Source: Actinomycetota bacterium (GTDB lineage: Bacteria; Actinomycetota; Acidimicrobiia; Acidimicrobiales; UBA10347). Taken from it: a stretch of 64,000 nucleotides of DNA. Positions within the stretch are counted from its first letter, which is position 1; every line of letters begins with the position of its first letter. The position numbers were made by a program, and so were the translations under genes. The notes below the pieces were generated by a model. That model had not been told where the DNA came from, made no database searches, and saw nothing but the letters and a program-made list of their open reading frames with translations. Positions 1-10,179 of the stretch are shown one piece after another. The stretch covers positions 110,865 to 174,864 of the forward strand of contig JBCCIC010000008.1 of NCBI GenBank assembly GCA_039028435.1, given 5' to 3'.

Positions 1-997
1 TGTGCACGATCTGCGGATCGGCCAAGGCCTGATCGGCGTCGAGCACCGGCCCACAGGGCACGCTGTGGGCGAGCAGTTTCTCGACCGCCTCCTCGACCGT
101 GAGCTGCAGGAACGACTCGACCAACAGGGCGCCGAGCGCCTCGAAGTTGCCGGGCGCCGACAGCGCGACCATCGACTCGAAGCGCGGATCCTCCGCCCAC
201 TCGGGATGACCCAGTGCGTCGAAGAGCGCGAGTCGCATCGGGTCCGATGCCACGAAGTACACGATCTTGCCGTCGGAACAATCGGTCAGCCGGTAGATCG
301 TCGACAACAGGAAGCCGCCACTCGCGTCCTCGTCGATCAGGGACTTGTCCATCATTCCGTCGGGCCAGAAGAAGTACATGGTGGAGTCGAGCATCGGCAC
401 CTCGATGTGCTGGCCTCCGGCCCCACGCTCGCGGGCGAACAGGGCCGCGGTGATCGCCTGGGTCGCGGTCATGCCCGACGACTTGTCGGCGACCAGGTTG
501 CGCACCAGGTCCGGGAACGGGACGTCGGGGTTGAGCTGGCGCGAGATCATGCCGGTGTGGGCCTGGATCACCGGATCGAGCACCGGCCGATCGGAGTACG
601 GGCCATCGGGCCCGAAGCCGCTGATCGAGCAGTAGATCACGTTGGGGTTGATGGCAGCGATGCTGTCGTAGTCGAGGCCGAGGCGGGCCATCGCGCCGGG
701 GCGGAAGTTCTGAAAGACGACGTCGGCATCACGGCACAGGTCGAGCGCAACTTGGCGGCCTTCGTCGGTCTGCAAGTCGATGGCGACGCAACGCTTGCCG
801 CGGTTGTTGTTGACGAACAGCGCCGGCATCCCGCCCTTGGCGAATGCCGGCAAGCCGCGCGTGAGGTCGCCGAATGCGGTGAGCGGTTCGACCTTGATCA
901 CGTCGGCGCCCTGGTCGGCCAGCATCATTGCGCCGAACGGCCCGGCCACGACCTGCGTGAAGTCGATCACCCTGACACCGTCGAGTGGTCCTGCCAT
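1..997 (-). CDS. CaiB/BaiF (family III) CoA-transferase, 3' end outside the window
   Basis: Read manually, absent from the ORF track because it has no stop in the window. ATG at 997 with a purine-rich RBS gives MAGPLDGVRVIDFTQVVAGPFGAMMLADQGADVIKVEP. Close paralogue of 11372-12565. Confidence 0.9.
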   Translation of the reverse strand, partial: MAGPLDGVRVIDFTQVVAGPFGAMMLADQGADVIKVEPLTAFGDLTRGLPAFAKGGMPALFVNNNRGKRCVAIDLQTDEGRQVALDLCRDADVVFQNFRPGAMARLGLDYDSIAAINPNVIYCSISGFGPDGPYSDRPVLDPVIQAHTGMISRQLNPDVPFPDLVRNLVADKSSGMTATQAITAALFARERGAGGQHIEVPMLDSTMYFFWPDGMMDKSLIDEDASGGFLLSTIYRLTDCSDGKIVYFVASDPMRLALFDALGHPEWAEDPRFESMVALSAPGNFEALGALLVESFLQLTVEEAVEKLLAHSVPCGPVLDADQALADPQIVH

Positions 998-1121
998 CTC
1001 ATCCCCCTTTGTCGTGCCGGATCCTGCCCGGCAACGTGAATCCGACGACGATGGTTGCAGACGCGGACCTCGGCTGCCATATGGTCGAATCCGAAGACGA
1101 CGCAGCGACCGCCGGGGGAGG

Positions 1122-2354
1122 ATGATGGCAACGGATCCCGCAGCGATGCTCGAGGCACTGTCGTCTCGTGACTACCTCGCCGACCCCGGCCCGGCCTGGG
1201 CGCAGCTGCGCGAGGACCACCCTCTGCTCCATGACCCTGTGCAGGATCTGTGGATCGTGTCCCGCTATGCGGACGTCGCCGAGCTGCTCTCCAACCACGA
1301 GACCTACTCGATCTCCACCTATGCCGGTTCGACCGGCGCGGTGCTGGGCGAAACGCTGATTCAGATGGACGGGCCGGATCACGTGTGGAGGCGGTCGGCC
1401 GTGGCGCCCGAGTTCGTCGGTAAGCGACTCGAGGGCTACGCCGGGGTCGTCGACGTCGAGATCGATCGGCTGATCGCCGGCTTCCCCGGCGGCGGAACGG
1501 TCGACATCGTTCGCGACTTCAGCCGGTTCCTGCCGGTCAACGTGATCGTCGCGATGCTCGGGTTCGGCGGAAGCGCTGACAAGCAGGTGTTCCGCGACTG
1601 GGTGACCCGCATCATGGCCGGCCTCGCGCCCCTGCCCGAGCCTCGGGCCGACGGCATCGCGGCTCGCGACGCATTCGCGAGTCACATCGCGCCGTATCTC
1701 GCCGAGCCGATCGATCGGCAGCGGGCGGATCTGATCGCACGGGTCGCGCGGGCGGAGCACGATGGACAGCGCCTGCACCCCGACGAGGTCGTTGCTTTTC
1801 TCGGACTGCTCTTCATCGCCGGTGGCGAGACGACCGACAAGGCGATCGGGAACCTGTGGTGGAATCTGCTGCGCCGACCCGAGCTGCTCGACGCCTGCCG
1901 GGCTGAGTCGGCATTGCTCGAACCGTGCTTCAGCGAGACGATGCGGGTCGATGCGCCGGTGATCGGCGAGGATCGCTTCCTGAACCACGACGTCGAGCTG
2001 CATGGGAACGTCGTTCCGGCCGGCGCGCGCATCCGCGGCCTGCTCGGTGCGGCGAACCGCGATCCCGAAGTCTTCGCCGATCCGGAGAGCTTCGATCACG
2101 AGCGGTCCGACCTCCACCTCGGGATCGAGCGTCGGACCGGCGCGGTGCCGGGCGGCACGATGCACCTCGGCTTCGGCCTGGGCAAGCACTTCTGCCTCGG
2201 CTACCAGCTGGCTCGGCGCGAGGCGGTGCGGGGCAGCGAGCGCTTGCTCGATGAGCTGCGCGGCGTTCGGTTCGCCGACCCGGATCAGCAAGGGCCGCGG
2301 ATCTCCCGATCGATGCGGTCGCTGGCTTCACTCCCGGTGGTGCACGATGGCTAG
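1122..2354 (+). CDS. Cytochrome P450
   Basis: I-helix AGGETT, ExxR (ETMR), heme motif FGLGKHFCLG. Start moved to ATG 1122/1125 after GGGGAGG. Confidence 0.93.
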   Translation: MMATDPAAMLEALSSRDYLADPGPAWAQLREDHPLLHDPVQDLWIVSRYADVAELLSNHETYSISTYAGSTGAVLGETLIQMDGPDHVWRRSAVAPEFVGKRLEGYAGVVDVEIDRLIAGFPGGGTVDIVRDFSRFLPVNVIVAMLGFGGSADKQVFRDWVTRIMAGLAPLPEPRADGIAARDAFASHIAPYLAEPIDRQRADLIARVARAEHDGQRLHPDEVVAFLGLLFIAGGETTDKAIGNLWWNLLRRPELLDACRAESALLEPCFSETMRVDAPVIGEDRFLNHDVELHGNVVPAGARIRGLLGAANRDPEVFADPESFDHERSDLHLGIERRTGAVPGGTMHLGFGLGKHFCLGYQLARREAVRGSERLLDELRGVRFADPDQQGPRISRSMRSLASLPVVHDG

Positions 2355-3513
2355 CGCCGACTACAACCCGTTCTCGGCCGAGGTCCTGCGCGACCCGTTT
2401 CCCGCACTGGCCGAGCTGCGAACCGAGTGTCCGGTGCATCGCTTCGACGGCTTCGATCCGCCGTTTCTGACGGTCACTCGACTCGACGACGTCACGTCGA
2501 TCCTGCGCGACAACGACACCTGGACCGCCCGGTACGGCCAGTCGCCGCTGCACAAGGTGAGTGGCTGCTTGTTCACCGACCCACCCGAGCACACGATGTA
2601 CCGCAAGCTGGTGCAGCAGGGATTCACGCCACGGGTGGTGGCATCGATGGAAGACGAGATCACCGCGCTCGCCGACGAGCTGGTGACGGCGATGATCGAG
2701 GACGGCGGTCCCGCCGATCTCCACGATGCGGTGGCCTGTCCACTGCCGGTGTTGGTGATCGCCAAGATCCTCGGCGTGCCGACCGACCGCATCGTCGAGT
2801 TCAAGGAATGGAGCGATCGGCGGGTCGAGGGCATGGCATCGTCGGATCCCCGCGCGGGAGCCGAGGCCTTGGCCGCAATGCAGCAGCTGTTCCTCGAGGA
2901 GATCGACAAGCGCCGGACATCGCCAGGCCGCGACGACATGATCGATGGCCTGGTCCACGCCGAGGTCGACGGGCGGCGATTGAACGACGACGAGCTGCTG
3001 GTGATCCTCGAACAGCTCCTGGTCGGGGGCAACGAGACCACGACCTCGCTGATCACCAACCTGTTCTGGCGATTGCTCGACGACCGAGCGCTGTGGGAGC
3101 AGCTCGCCGCGGATCGCTCATCGGACGCGGTCGCGATCGAGGAGAGCCTGCGATTCGATCCGCCGGTGCTCGGACTGTTTCGCACCGCGGCCCAGGAAAC
3201 CGAGCTCCACGACGTGGCGATACCGGATCGCACCAAGGTCATGACGAGCTACGCGGCCGCGAACCGTGACCCGGGCCATTTCGAGCAGCCGGACGTCTTC
3301 CGGCTCGACCGCGACCCAGCGGAGCTGCGCAAGCATCTGTCGTTCGGACTCGGTCATCACTTCTGCCCCGGAGCACACCTCTCCCGGCTCGAAGCACGCA
3401 TCGTGCTCCGCCAGCTGGCCGATCGGTTGCCGACGCTGCGCCTCGACGGCGATCCCGAGCGGATCAGCCCCTTCCTCCTGTGGGGACGCCGCACGCTGCC
3501 CATCGACTGGTGA
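2347..3513 (+). CDS. Cytochrome P450
   Basis: GGNETT, EESLR, FGLGHHFCPG. ATG at 2347 overlaps the upstream gene end. Confidence 0.93.
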   Translation: MASADYNPFSAEVLRDPFPALAELRTECPVHRFDGFDPPFLTVTRLDDVTSILRDNDTWTARYGQSPLHKVSGCLFTDPPEHTMYRKLVQQGFTPRVVASMEDEITALADELVTAMIEDGGPADLHDAVACPLPVLVIAKILGVPTDRIVEFKEWSDRRVEGMASSDPRAGAEALAAMQQLFLEEIDKRRTSPGRDDMIDGLVHAEVDGRRLNDDELLVILEQLLVGGNETTTSLITNLFWRLLDDRALWEQLAADRSSDAVAIEESLRFDPPVLGLFRTAAQETELHDVAIPDRTKVMTSYAAANRDPGHFEQPDVFRLDRDPAELRKHLSFGLGHHFCPGAHLSRLEARIVLRQLADRLPTLRLDGDPERISPFLLWGRRTLPIDW

Positions 3514-3579
3514 TCCCGGCGGCGGGTTGGCTGTGAACTTGGTCACCTGGGGAACCACGGGGGCCGTCTCGGGCGTCTG

Positions 3580-4563
3580 ATGATCATGACTTCCCCCCAC
3601 AAGTTCAGAATCAGCGCCGGCCGCTTCGGTGCGGTGCTGGTTGCCCTCGCCCTCGTCGTCGCGGCCTGTGGATCCGACCCGATCGAACTCGGCACGGTGG
3701 TGCCCGCGACCGGTGGAGATGGCCACGGCGCGACTGCCGACGGTGGTTCGTCAGGGTCGGGCACCAGCCCGACGGAAGTGCCGACCACCGCCCCGATCGG
3801 TGCGCCCGAGGACTCGTCGACCCCTGATTCGCCGGACGCCGAGGACCCCAGCCCGGCGCCGTCGACGCCTGTCCCCACCACGCCTGAGCCTGCTCCGACG
3901 CCGACTCTGCCGCCGGCTGACTCGGACCAGCCCGTCGAACAAGACGTGGACCCGGAGCCGGTCGACCCCGATGACGGCACGTCGTCGTCGCCGGCACCGC
4001 CGCCCGATTCCGAAGACACCGACGACTCCATCGGCTGGGAGCGCGTTCCGTCGGCACCCGAGCTGCTGAGCCCAGTCGTGGTCGAGCCGGCCGAGCTGCT
4101 CGCCGGCCCCGACGGGCGTTCGGTGCTCGTGCGCTTCTGGAATGGCGTCGAACCCTGCAGCCTCGCTCGGGTCACCGTGACCGAGGCGCCGTCGAACGTC
4201 CTCGTTCGTCTCGAGACTGGCGCAAACCCCAATGCCGCGACGATGACCTGCATTGCGCTGGCCGCCGCCTACGAGATCGCCGTTCCGCTGCAGTCCGATC
4301 TCGGTACTCGCGAGCTCGTCGCCGAGGCCGCCTCGCCGCCGGTCGTCGATCCGCCCGGACCGCCGCTCGACGCCGTCTTCAGCGTCGAGCAGTATCTCGG
4401 CTTGACCGAGGACGAGGCTCGTTCCCTGGCCGCGGTCGAAGGCCGCGATCTCCGGGTGGCCCGCATCGACGACGAGTTCTTCGCCCTGACCCAGGACTTC
4501 ATCGCCTCGCGGGTCAACATCGAGATCGAAGCCGGCGTCGTGGTGTCGGTCTTCGGAGGCTGA
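3580..4563 (+). CDS. Pro/Asp-rich lipoprotein with C-terminal peptidase-inhibitor I78/potato-I-like domain
   Basis: Lipobox VAAC after a hydrophobic stretch, long P/T/S/D linker, a two-Cys domain, and C-terminus YLGL..A..A..G...RV.....TQDF...RVN.....GVV....GG. Confidence 0.7.
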   Translation: MIMTSPHKFRISAGRFGAVLVALALVVAACGSDPIELGTVVPATGGDGHGATADGGSSGSGTSPTEVPTTAPIGAPEDSSTPDSPDAEDPSPAPSTPVPTTPEPAPTPTLPPADSDQPVEQDVDPEPVDPDDGTSSSPAPPPDSEDTDDSIGWERVPSAPELLSPVVVEPAELLAGPDGRSVLVRFWNGVEPCSLARVTVTEAPSNVLVRLETGANPNAATMTCIALAAAYEIAVPLQSDLGTRELVAEAASPPVVDPPGPPLDAVFSVEQYLGLTEDEARSLAAVEGRDLRVARIDDEFFALTQDFIASRVNIEIEAGVVVSVFGG

Positions 4564-4665
4564 TCGCCCCGAACGAACCCCTCGCCGTCCGATTCCCCGA
4601 CCGACCTATCGGGCGATTAGTTTCGTCCTCGTCTACGCACGGCAACGACTGGGGAGACAACACCG

Positions 4666-6408
4666 ATGCTGGGAGACCGCTGGTTTACCGACTACGAGCC
4701 GGACGCCCGCTGGCAGCACTACACGCGGGCGAATGCCGGCGAAGTCATGCCGTCGCCGGTCAGTCCGCTGTGCCAGAAGTTCACGTGGGACGAAGGCATC
4801 ATCCACGGCGCGGCTGAGGGCAGCGTGCGCGCCGGTCTCTACGAGGCCGACGAGTACGACCCGGTGCTCCCGCAGGTGTTCGGCTTCTTCGGCGGCCACT
4901 TCTACCTGAACCTCTCCAACATCCGGATGCAGGGTGTGCGCAACCCCGCGGTGACGGTCGAGCAGCTCGACCTGGCGTTCTTCGGCGACCACCCCGACGT
5001 CCCGCCCTATGTCGAGCACCCCGAGGACGTCAAGGAACACCTCACGCCTGGCATCGAGGCGCACCTGGGCTGGATCATGACCCGCACCGAGTGGCCCGAG
5101 CTGATGGACGACCGGGCTCATGTCAATGAGGTTCGAGCGAACCGCCCCGACCTGGCGTCGCTGAGCGACGCCGAACTCGTCGAGCGCGCTCGAACCACTC
5201 TTCCCGACCTGGTCTGGGGCTTCAACCAGCACTACATGGCGTCGAGTTCGTCGGGGGTCGCGCCGGGCATCTTCGCCGCCATCGGCGAGGCGATCGGCGA
5301 CACCACCATCCCCATGAAGCTCGTCTCTGGCATGGGCGACGTCGACTCGGCCGCACCGAGCTATGCCCTCTGGGAGATGTCTCGTGCGATCCGGTCGAGC
5401 GAAGCGCTCACCGCGATCTTCGACGGTGGTGTCGATGGGGTGCTCGCCGCACTCGACGCGTCGGACGATCCGGCAGCTGCGGCGCTCCGCGCCGACTTCG
5501 ATGCATTCCTCCACGAGTTCGGTTCGCGTGGCCCGAACGAGTGGGAGATCAGCGCCGAGACCTGGGAAACCAAGCCCACGATGGCCTTGACGATGCTCGA
5601 CAGCGTGCGTCAGCAGGCCGACGACCAGGCGCCCGAGCTCCGTGCCGCCGGCCTGACCTCGGAGCGCGAGGCGCTGGTCGGTCAGGTGCGAGGCCAGTTG
5701 GCCGAGATCGGCAACGAGGAGCTGATCGGCATGTTCGAGGGGGCACTCGTCGCCTCGAACTTCATGGTCTACCGCGAGCGGGCCAAGACGAACATCATCA
5801 AGACGGTCCACGAAGGTCGCATGTGCTTCCGGGAACTCGGCCGTCGCCACGCCGGGGCCGGCAACCTCGCCGATGCGTCACACATCTTCATGCTCGTTTC
5901 GGCCGAACTCGACGACTTCGTGGCAGACCCCGGCTCGTTCAAAGACACGTGTTCCGAGCGCTACGCCGACTGGTTGTTGCTCGACGAACTCGTGCCGCCG
6001 TTCATCATCGCCGACGGCAACGTCGGGGCGCTCGGTGAGTGGGAGCGCAAGGGCGCATCGGGGCTCGAGGCCGCGGCGGCCGGAACCACCTTCAGCGGTG
6101 TCGCCGGCTGTCCAGGCATCGTGCGGGGTACCGCTCGAGTGATCATGGATCCGAGCGATCCACTGGCGCTCGAGCCCGGCGACATCATGATCGCGCCGAA
6201 CACCGACCCGGGTTGGACGCCGCTGTTCATGACCGCCGGTGGTGTCGTCGTCAACGTCGGCGGCCAGATCAGCCACGCCATCATCGTCAGTCGTGAGCTC
6301 GCGCTGCCGTGCGTGGTGTCGGTCGAGAACGCCACCGAGCTGATCCCCGACGGCGCAACCGTCGAAGTCAACGGCGACACGGGCGAAGTCACCGTCATCG
6401 AGGTCTGA
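4666..6408 (+). CDS. PEP-utilising mobile (phospho-His swivel) domain protein, rifampin-phosphotransferase/phenylphosphate-synthase-like, no ATP-grasp domain
   Basis: C-terminal TDPGWTPLF...GGQISHAIIVSRELALPCVV motif. N-terminal TRANAGEVMP.PVSPL and central FG.RGPNEWE motifs fit the substrate-binding domain of this group. Confidence 0.85.
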   Translation: MLGDRWFTDYEPDARWQHYTRANAGEVMPSPVSPLCQKFTWDEGIIHGAAEGSVRAGLYEADEYDPVLPQVFGFFGGHFYLNLSNIRMQGVRNPAVTVEQLDLAFFGDHPDVPPYVEHPEDVKEHLTPGIEAHLGWIMTRTEWPELMDDRAHVNEVRANRPDLASLSDAELVERARTTLPDLVWGFNQHYMASSSSGVAPGIFAAIGEAIGDTTIPMKLVSGMGDVDSAAPSYALWEMSRAIRSSEALTAIFDGGVDGVLAALDASDDPAAAALRADFDAFLHEFGSRGPNEWEISAETWETKPTMALTMLDSVRQQADDQAPELRAAGLTSEREALVGQVRGQLAEIGNEELIGMFEGALVASNFMVYRERAKTNIIKTVHEGRMCFRELGRRHAGAGNLADASHIFMLVSAELDDFVADPGSFKDTCSERYADWLLLDELVPPFIIADGNVGALGEWERKGASGLEAAAAGTTFSGVAGCPGIVRGTARVIMDPSDPLALEPGDIMIAPNTDPGWTPLFMTAGGVVVNVGGQISHAIIVSRELALPCVVSVENATELIPDGATVEVNGDTGEVTVIEV

Positions 6409-6415
6409 GGTCGAC

Positions 6416-7387
6416 ATGTCACACCCGTTCCGTTTCAGCGTCCAGGCCTTCACGCCGTCGTCGGCGTCGGAATGGACCGACCAGGCGCGAGCGGCCGAGG
6501 ACCTCGGCTACAGCTGCCTGCACCTGGCCGACCACTATCTCGGACCGGGCGAGGCGGCCACGGCGGCCAGCCACCCACCTCAGGTTGTCGCGGCGATCCC
6601 GGCGATGATGGCCGCAGCGGCGGTCACCAGCACCATCAAGGTCGGTGCGCGGGTGATGTGCTGCGACTACCACCAGCCGGTGGTGTTGGCGAAATCGCTG
6701 GCGACCGTCGACTTCCTGTCCGAGGGTCGACTCGAAGCCGGCTTCGGCGCCGGCTGGATCACGAGCGAGTACGAGGCCATGGGCGTGGCCATGGACGGGC
6801 CGGGCGTGCGCATCGATCGGATGATCGAGTACGTCGAGCTGGCCAAGGCCTACTTCGCCGGCGCCGATCTCGACCAGCAGGGCGATCACGTACACGTGTC
6901 GAACATGGGAGCGATCCCTGCCTCGCCGCAACCCGGCGGACCCAAGATCATGATCGGCGGCGGCTCGCCTCGCGTGCTGCGCACCGCCGGAGCAATGGCC
7001 GACGTCGTGTCGATCAACTTCGACAACTCGGCCGGCAAGATCGGCGCTCGCGGCATCGGCTCGGGAACCGCCGACGGCACCAAGCAGAAGGTCGACTGGA
7101 TCCGCGAAGGCGCAGGCGATCGGTTCGATGAGATCGAGATCGAGATCGGCGCGTACTTCACCGCCGTCACCGACGACACGGCGGCCACGCTCGAGCAGAT
7201 GGCCGGAGCGATGGGCATGCCGCCCGACATGCTCGCCGAACATCCGCATGCCCTCGTCGGCAGCGTCGACGAGATCTGCGACATCCTGCAGGATCGTCGC
7301 GAGCGCTACGGCATCAGCTACGTCAACGTCGCCGTGCGCAACATGCACGCATTCGCCCCGGTGGTCGAACGACTCGCCGGGACCTGA
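6416..7387 (+). CDS. LLM-class, probably F420-dependent, oxidoreductase
   Basis: ARAAEDLGY..L...DH, LSEGRLEAGFGAGW and IMIGGG motifs. Confidence 0.88.
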   Translation: MSHPFRFSVQAFTPSSASEWTDQARAAEDLGYSCLHLADHYLGPGEAATAASHPPQVVAAIPAMMAAAAVTSTIKVGARVMCCDYHQPVVLAKSLATVDFLSEGRLEAGFGAGWITSEYEAMGVAMDGPGVRIDRMIEYVELAKAYFAGADLDQQGDHVHVSNMGAIPASPQPGGPKIMIGGGSPRVLRTAGAMADVVSINFDNSAGKIGARGIGSGTADGTKQKVDWIREGAGDRFDEIEIEIGAYFTAVTDDTAATLEQMAGAMGMPPDMLAEHPHALVGSVDEICDILQDRRERYGISYVNVAVRNMHAFAPVVERLAGT

Positions 7388-7398
7388 GGAGGCTCCAC

Positions 7399-8718
7399 AT
7401 GAGCGAAGACAGCACCACGACCGACGTGAACCTCGACGATTTCGGTCTCTTCGATCCCGCGGTGCAGCAGTGTCCGCACCCGTACTACGCCGAGATGCAG
7501 AAGCAGCAGCCCGTGTACGAGGCCAAGAGCCCGATGGGCTCGCTGCACCTGGTGACGAAGTACGGCGACGTCACCGATGTGGTGAAGGACATCAAGACCT
7601 TCTCGTCGCGCTTCGACACGTCGGGCTCGAACTACAACTCCGAGCTCGTCGATCGGATGAAGGCGCTCTACGAGGAGGAGGGCGGCTATGACCGCATCGG
7701 CACGATGCTCACCGTCGACCCACCGGACCACACGCGGTACCGACGGCTGGTGACCAAGGCGTTCACGCCCAAGGTGATCGCCGAGCTCGAGCCGACCATT
7801 CGAGAGATCGCCTCGGGGTTGATCGACGACATGTTCGCAGCGATGGAAGCCGACGGCGTCGTCGAGTTCGTCGAGACATTCGCCGTGCCCTTGCCGGTGA
7901 CCGTCATCGCCAAAGCGCTCAACGTGCCGGACGACCGCCTCGCCGACTTCAAGCGGTGGAGCGACGCGTCGATCGCCGGCATCGGCACCAACATCACGAT
8001 CGACCAGCGTCTCGAGGCCGAGCGCGAGGTGATCGAGTTCCAGAAGTACTTCGCCGATCAGCTCGACCAGCGACGCACCGCGCCGCAGGATGACATCCTG
8101 ACCAACCTCCTGAATGCCCGGGTCGACCGCAACGAGGTCGACGATGATGGCAACGCACTCAGCGACGAGCCGCTCACGGTGCCCGAGATGCTCAGCATCA
8201 TCCAGCAGCTGCTGGTCGCCGGCAACGAGACGACCACGAAGTTCCTGACCGAGATGATGCGCCTGCTCGGCGAGAATCCCGAGGAGTTCGCCAGGCTCAA
8301 GGCCGACCCCGCCCGTGCCAAGGCCGTCTGCGAGGAAGCGCTTCGCCTGTCCACGCCGACCCAAGGGATGTTCCGCATCGTGCAGGACGACGCCGAGGTC
8401 GCCGGGTGTCCGCTGTCGGCAGGCGATCGTGCGGTCGTCATGTTCTCGGCGGCGAACCGCGACCCCGAAGTCTTTCCGGAACCGGACGACTTCAATCCCG
8501 ATCGCGAGAACCTCACGAGCCATCTGGCGTTCGGCCGCGGGGTGCACTTCTGCCTGGGTGCCGCGCTCTCACGCCTGGAGGGCAAGGTTGCGGCCGAGGA
8601 GCTGGCGGCACGCATCGCCTCGTTCGAGCTCGACCAGTCGAACACCTTCGGGTACCACCCGAGCTTCATGCTCCGCGGCCTGATGAGCCTCGATGTGAAG
8701 GTCACGGCCGAGCCATGA
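7399..8718 (+). CDS. Cytochrome P450
   Basis: DPPDHTRYR, AGNETT, EEALR, FGRGVHFCLG. GAGGAGG RBS. Confidence 0.95.
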   Translation: MSEDSTTTDVNLDDFGLFDPAVQQCPHPYYAEMQKQQPVYEAKSPMGSLHLVTKYGDVTDVVKDIKTFSSRFDTSGSNYNSELVDRMKALYEEEGGYDRIGTMLTVDPPDHTRYRRLVTKAFTPKVIAELEPTIREIASGLIDDMFAAMEADGVVEFVETFAVPLPVTVIAKALNVPDDRLADFKRWSDASIAGIGTNITIDQRLEAEREVIEFQKYFADQLDQRRTAPQDDILTNLLNARVDRNEVDDDGNALSDEPLTVPEMLSIIQQLLVAGNETTTKFLTEMMRLLGENPEEFARLKADPARAKAVCEEALRLSTPTQGMFRIVQDDAEVAGCPLSAGDRAVVMFSAANRDPEVFPEPDDFNPDRENLTSHLAFGRGVHFCLGAALSRLEGKVAAEELAARIASFELDQSNTFGYHPSFMLRGLMSLDVKVTAEP

Positions 8719-9530
8719 GCGAGAAGCCGCTCGCCGGCAAGGTCTGCGTCGTTACCGGGTCCACCCGGGGCATCGGGCGTGGGACTGCGATCGCCCTCGC
8801 CGAGCAGGGTGCAACGGTCTACGTGACCGGCCGGAGCTCGGGCGATCCCGACCCCGAGGCCCGCACGATCGAGGGCACGGCTGCGGCCGTCGACGCCGCC
8901 GGCGGCGCCGGCATCGCCGTGCAGGTCGACCACAGCGACGATGCACAGATCGAGGCGTTCTTCGCCAAGGTCGGCCAGGACCACGGCCACATCGACGTGC
9001 TGGTCAACAACGTCTACAAGATTCCCGACCCTCCGGCCTGGGGTGGTGGCTTCTGGGACCACCCGGTGAGCATCTGGGACGACCAGGTGGGCATCGGGTT
9101 GCGCGCCCACTATGTCGCCTCGTGGCACGCCGCACCGCTGATCTTCGAGGCCGGTCCTGGCGGGGTCATCGTCAATGTCTCCTCGCCCGGCGGTCAGAGC
9201 TATCACTTCTCGTCGTCGTACGGTGCTGGCAAAGCCGGTCTGGACCGACTCACCGCCGACATGGCGATCGAGCTGGAACCCAAGGGGGTCGCCGCGATCA
9301 CGCTGTATCCCGGATCGGTGGCGACCGAGTTCATCCTCGCCGCTCGCGGCGAGGCGCCCGAGGCACAAACACCACTGCTCGTCGGGCGATCCGTCGCCGC
9401 GCTTGTACAGTCCGGCGACGTGATGAACCGCTCCGGATCGATCCAGTGGGTCGAGGACCTGGTCGACGAGTTCGACCTCTACGACGAGCACGGCAACCGG
9501 CCGCCGGGATACTCGCGGCGCATCCGCTGA
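8715..9530 (+). CDS. SDR oxidoreductase (DHRS1-like)
   Basis: TGSTRGIG and YGAGK motifs. ATGA overlap with the P450 stop. Confidence 0.9.
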   Translation: MSEKPLAGKVCVVTGSTRGIGRGTAIALAEQGATVYVTGRSSGDPDPEARTIEGTAAAVDAAGGAGIAVQVDHSDDAQIEAFFAKVGQDHGHIDVLVNNVYKIPDPPAWGGGFWDHPVSIWDDQVGIGLRAHYVASWHAAPLIFEAGPGGVIVNVSSPGGQSYHFSSSYGAGKAGLDRLTADMAIELEPKGVAAITLYPGSVATEFILAARGEAPEAQTPLLVGRSVAALVQSGDVMNRSGSIQWVEDLVDEFDLYDEHGNRPPGYSRRIR

Positions 9531-10144
9531 TGTCGCGGCTCGGACGCCCGACGGCCGCCGACGCCCAAGCGACCCGCCTGCGCATCCTCGATGCCGCGCG
9601 GCGCCTGTTCGCCTCGCGCGGTTTCGACGGCGTGAGCAATCGTGCGTTGGCCGACGAGGTCGGGCTCACGACCGGTGCGCTGTACCACTACTTCGATCGC
9701 AAGCTCGACCTGTATGTCGCGGTGTATGCGGAAACACAGCGGTTCGTCTTCGAGCGGATGAGCGCACCGATCGGCGAGTCGTCGACGTTCATCGACGCAC
9801 TCCGAGGCGTGCTCGAGGTCGCCCACGACCTGAACAACGAGGACCCGAGCCTCGCCCAGTTCCTCGGAAGTTGTCGTGTCGACGCCCAACGCGACGACGA
9901 ACTGCGCCGCGCCATCCTCAAGGTCGGCAACGTGCAGCAGGAGGCCTTCTTCGACGGCCTGGTCGGCCTCGGCCTCCGTACCGGCGAGATCGACGTCGCT
10001 TCGTCCGAGTCGATCTCCACGCTCCTGCGAACCGTCACGATCGGCCTGGTCGACGCGGTGTCGGGCAGCCGCAAGCGGCATCGTCAGGCGGTCGATGCCA
10101 TCGTCTCGCTGTTCGAAGGCAAGCTGGTCCGTCCGCCCGCCTGA
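9530..10144 (+). CDS. TetR/AcrR family regulator
   Basis: RILDAARRLFASRGF...LADEVGLTTGALYHYF helix-turn-helix. TGATG coupling to the upstream gene. Confidence 0.92.
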   Translation: MSRLGRPTAADAQATRLRILDAARRLFASRGFDGVSNRALADEVGLTTGALYHYFDRKLDLYVAVYAETQRFVFERMSAPIGESSTFIDALRGVLEVAHDLNNEDPSLAQFLGSCRVDAQRDDELRRAILKVGNVQQEAFFDGLVGLGLRTGEIDVASSESISTLLRTVTIGLVDAVSGSRKRHRQAVDAIVSLFEGKLVRPPA

Positions 10145-10179
10145 CCGCGTCGCTCGGCGGGGGATCTAGCGTGGAGCGC

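Noticed and set aside
2-1039. 345-aa plus-strand ORF and the many other long antisense ORFs (e.g. 13270-15150, 57965-59728, 62938-63996)
   Set aside because: High-GC shadow frames opposite genes that have clear family motifs.
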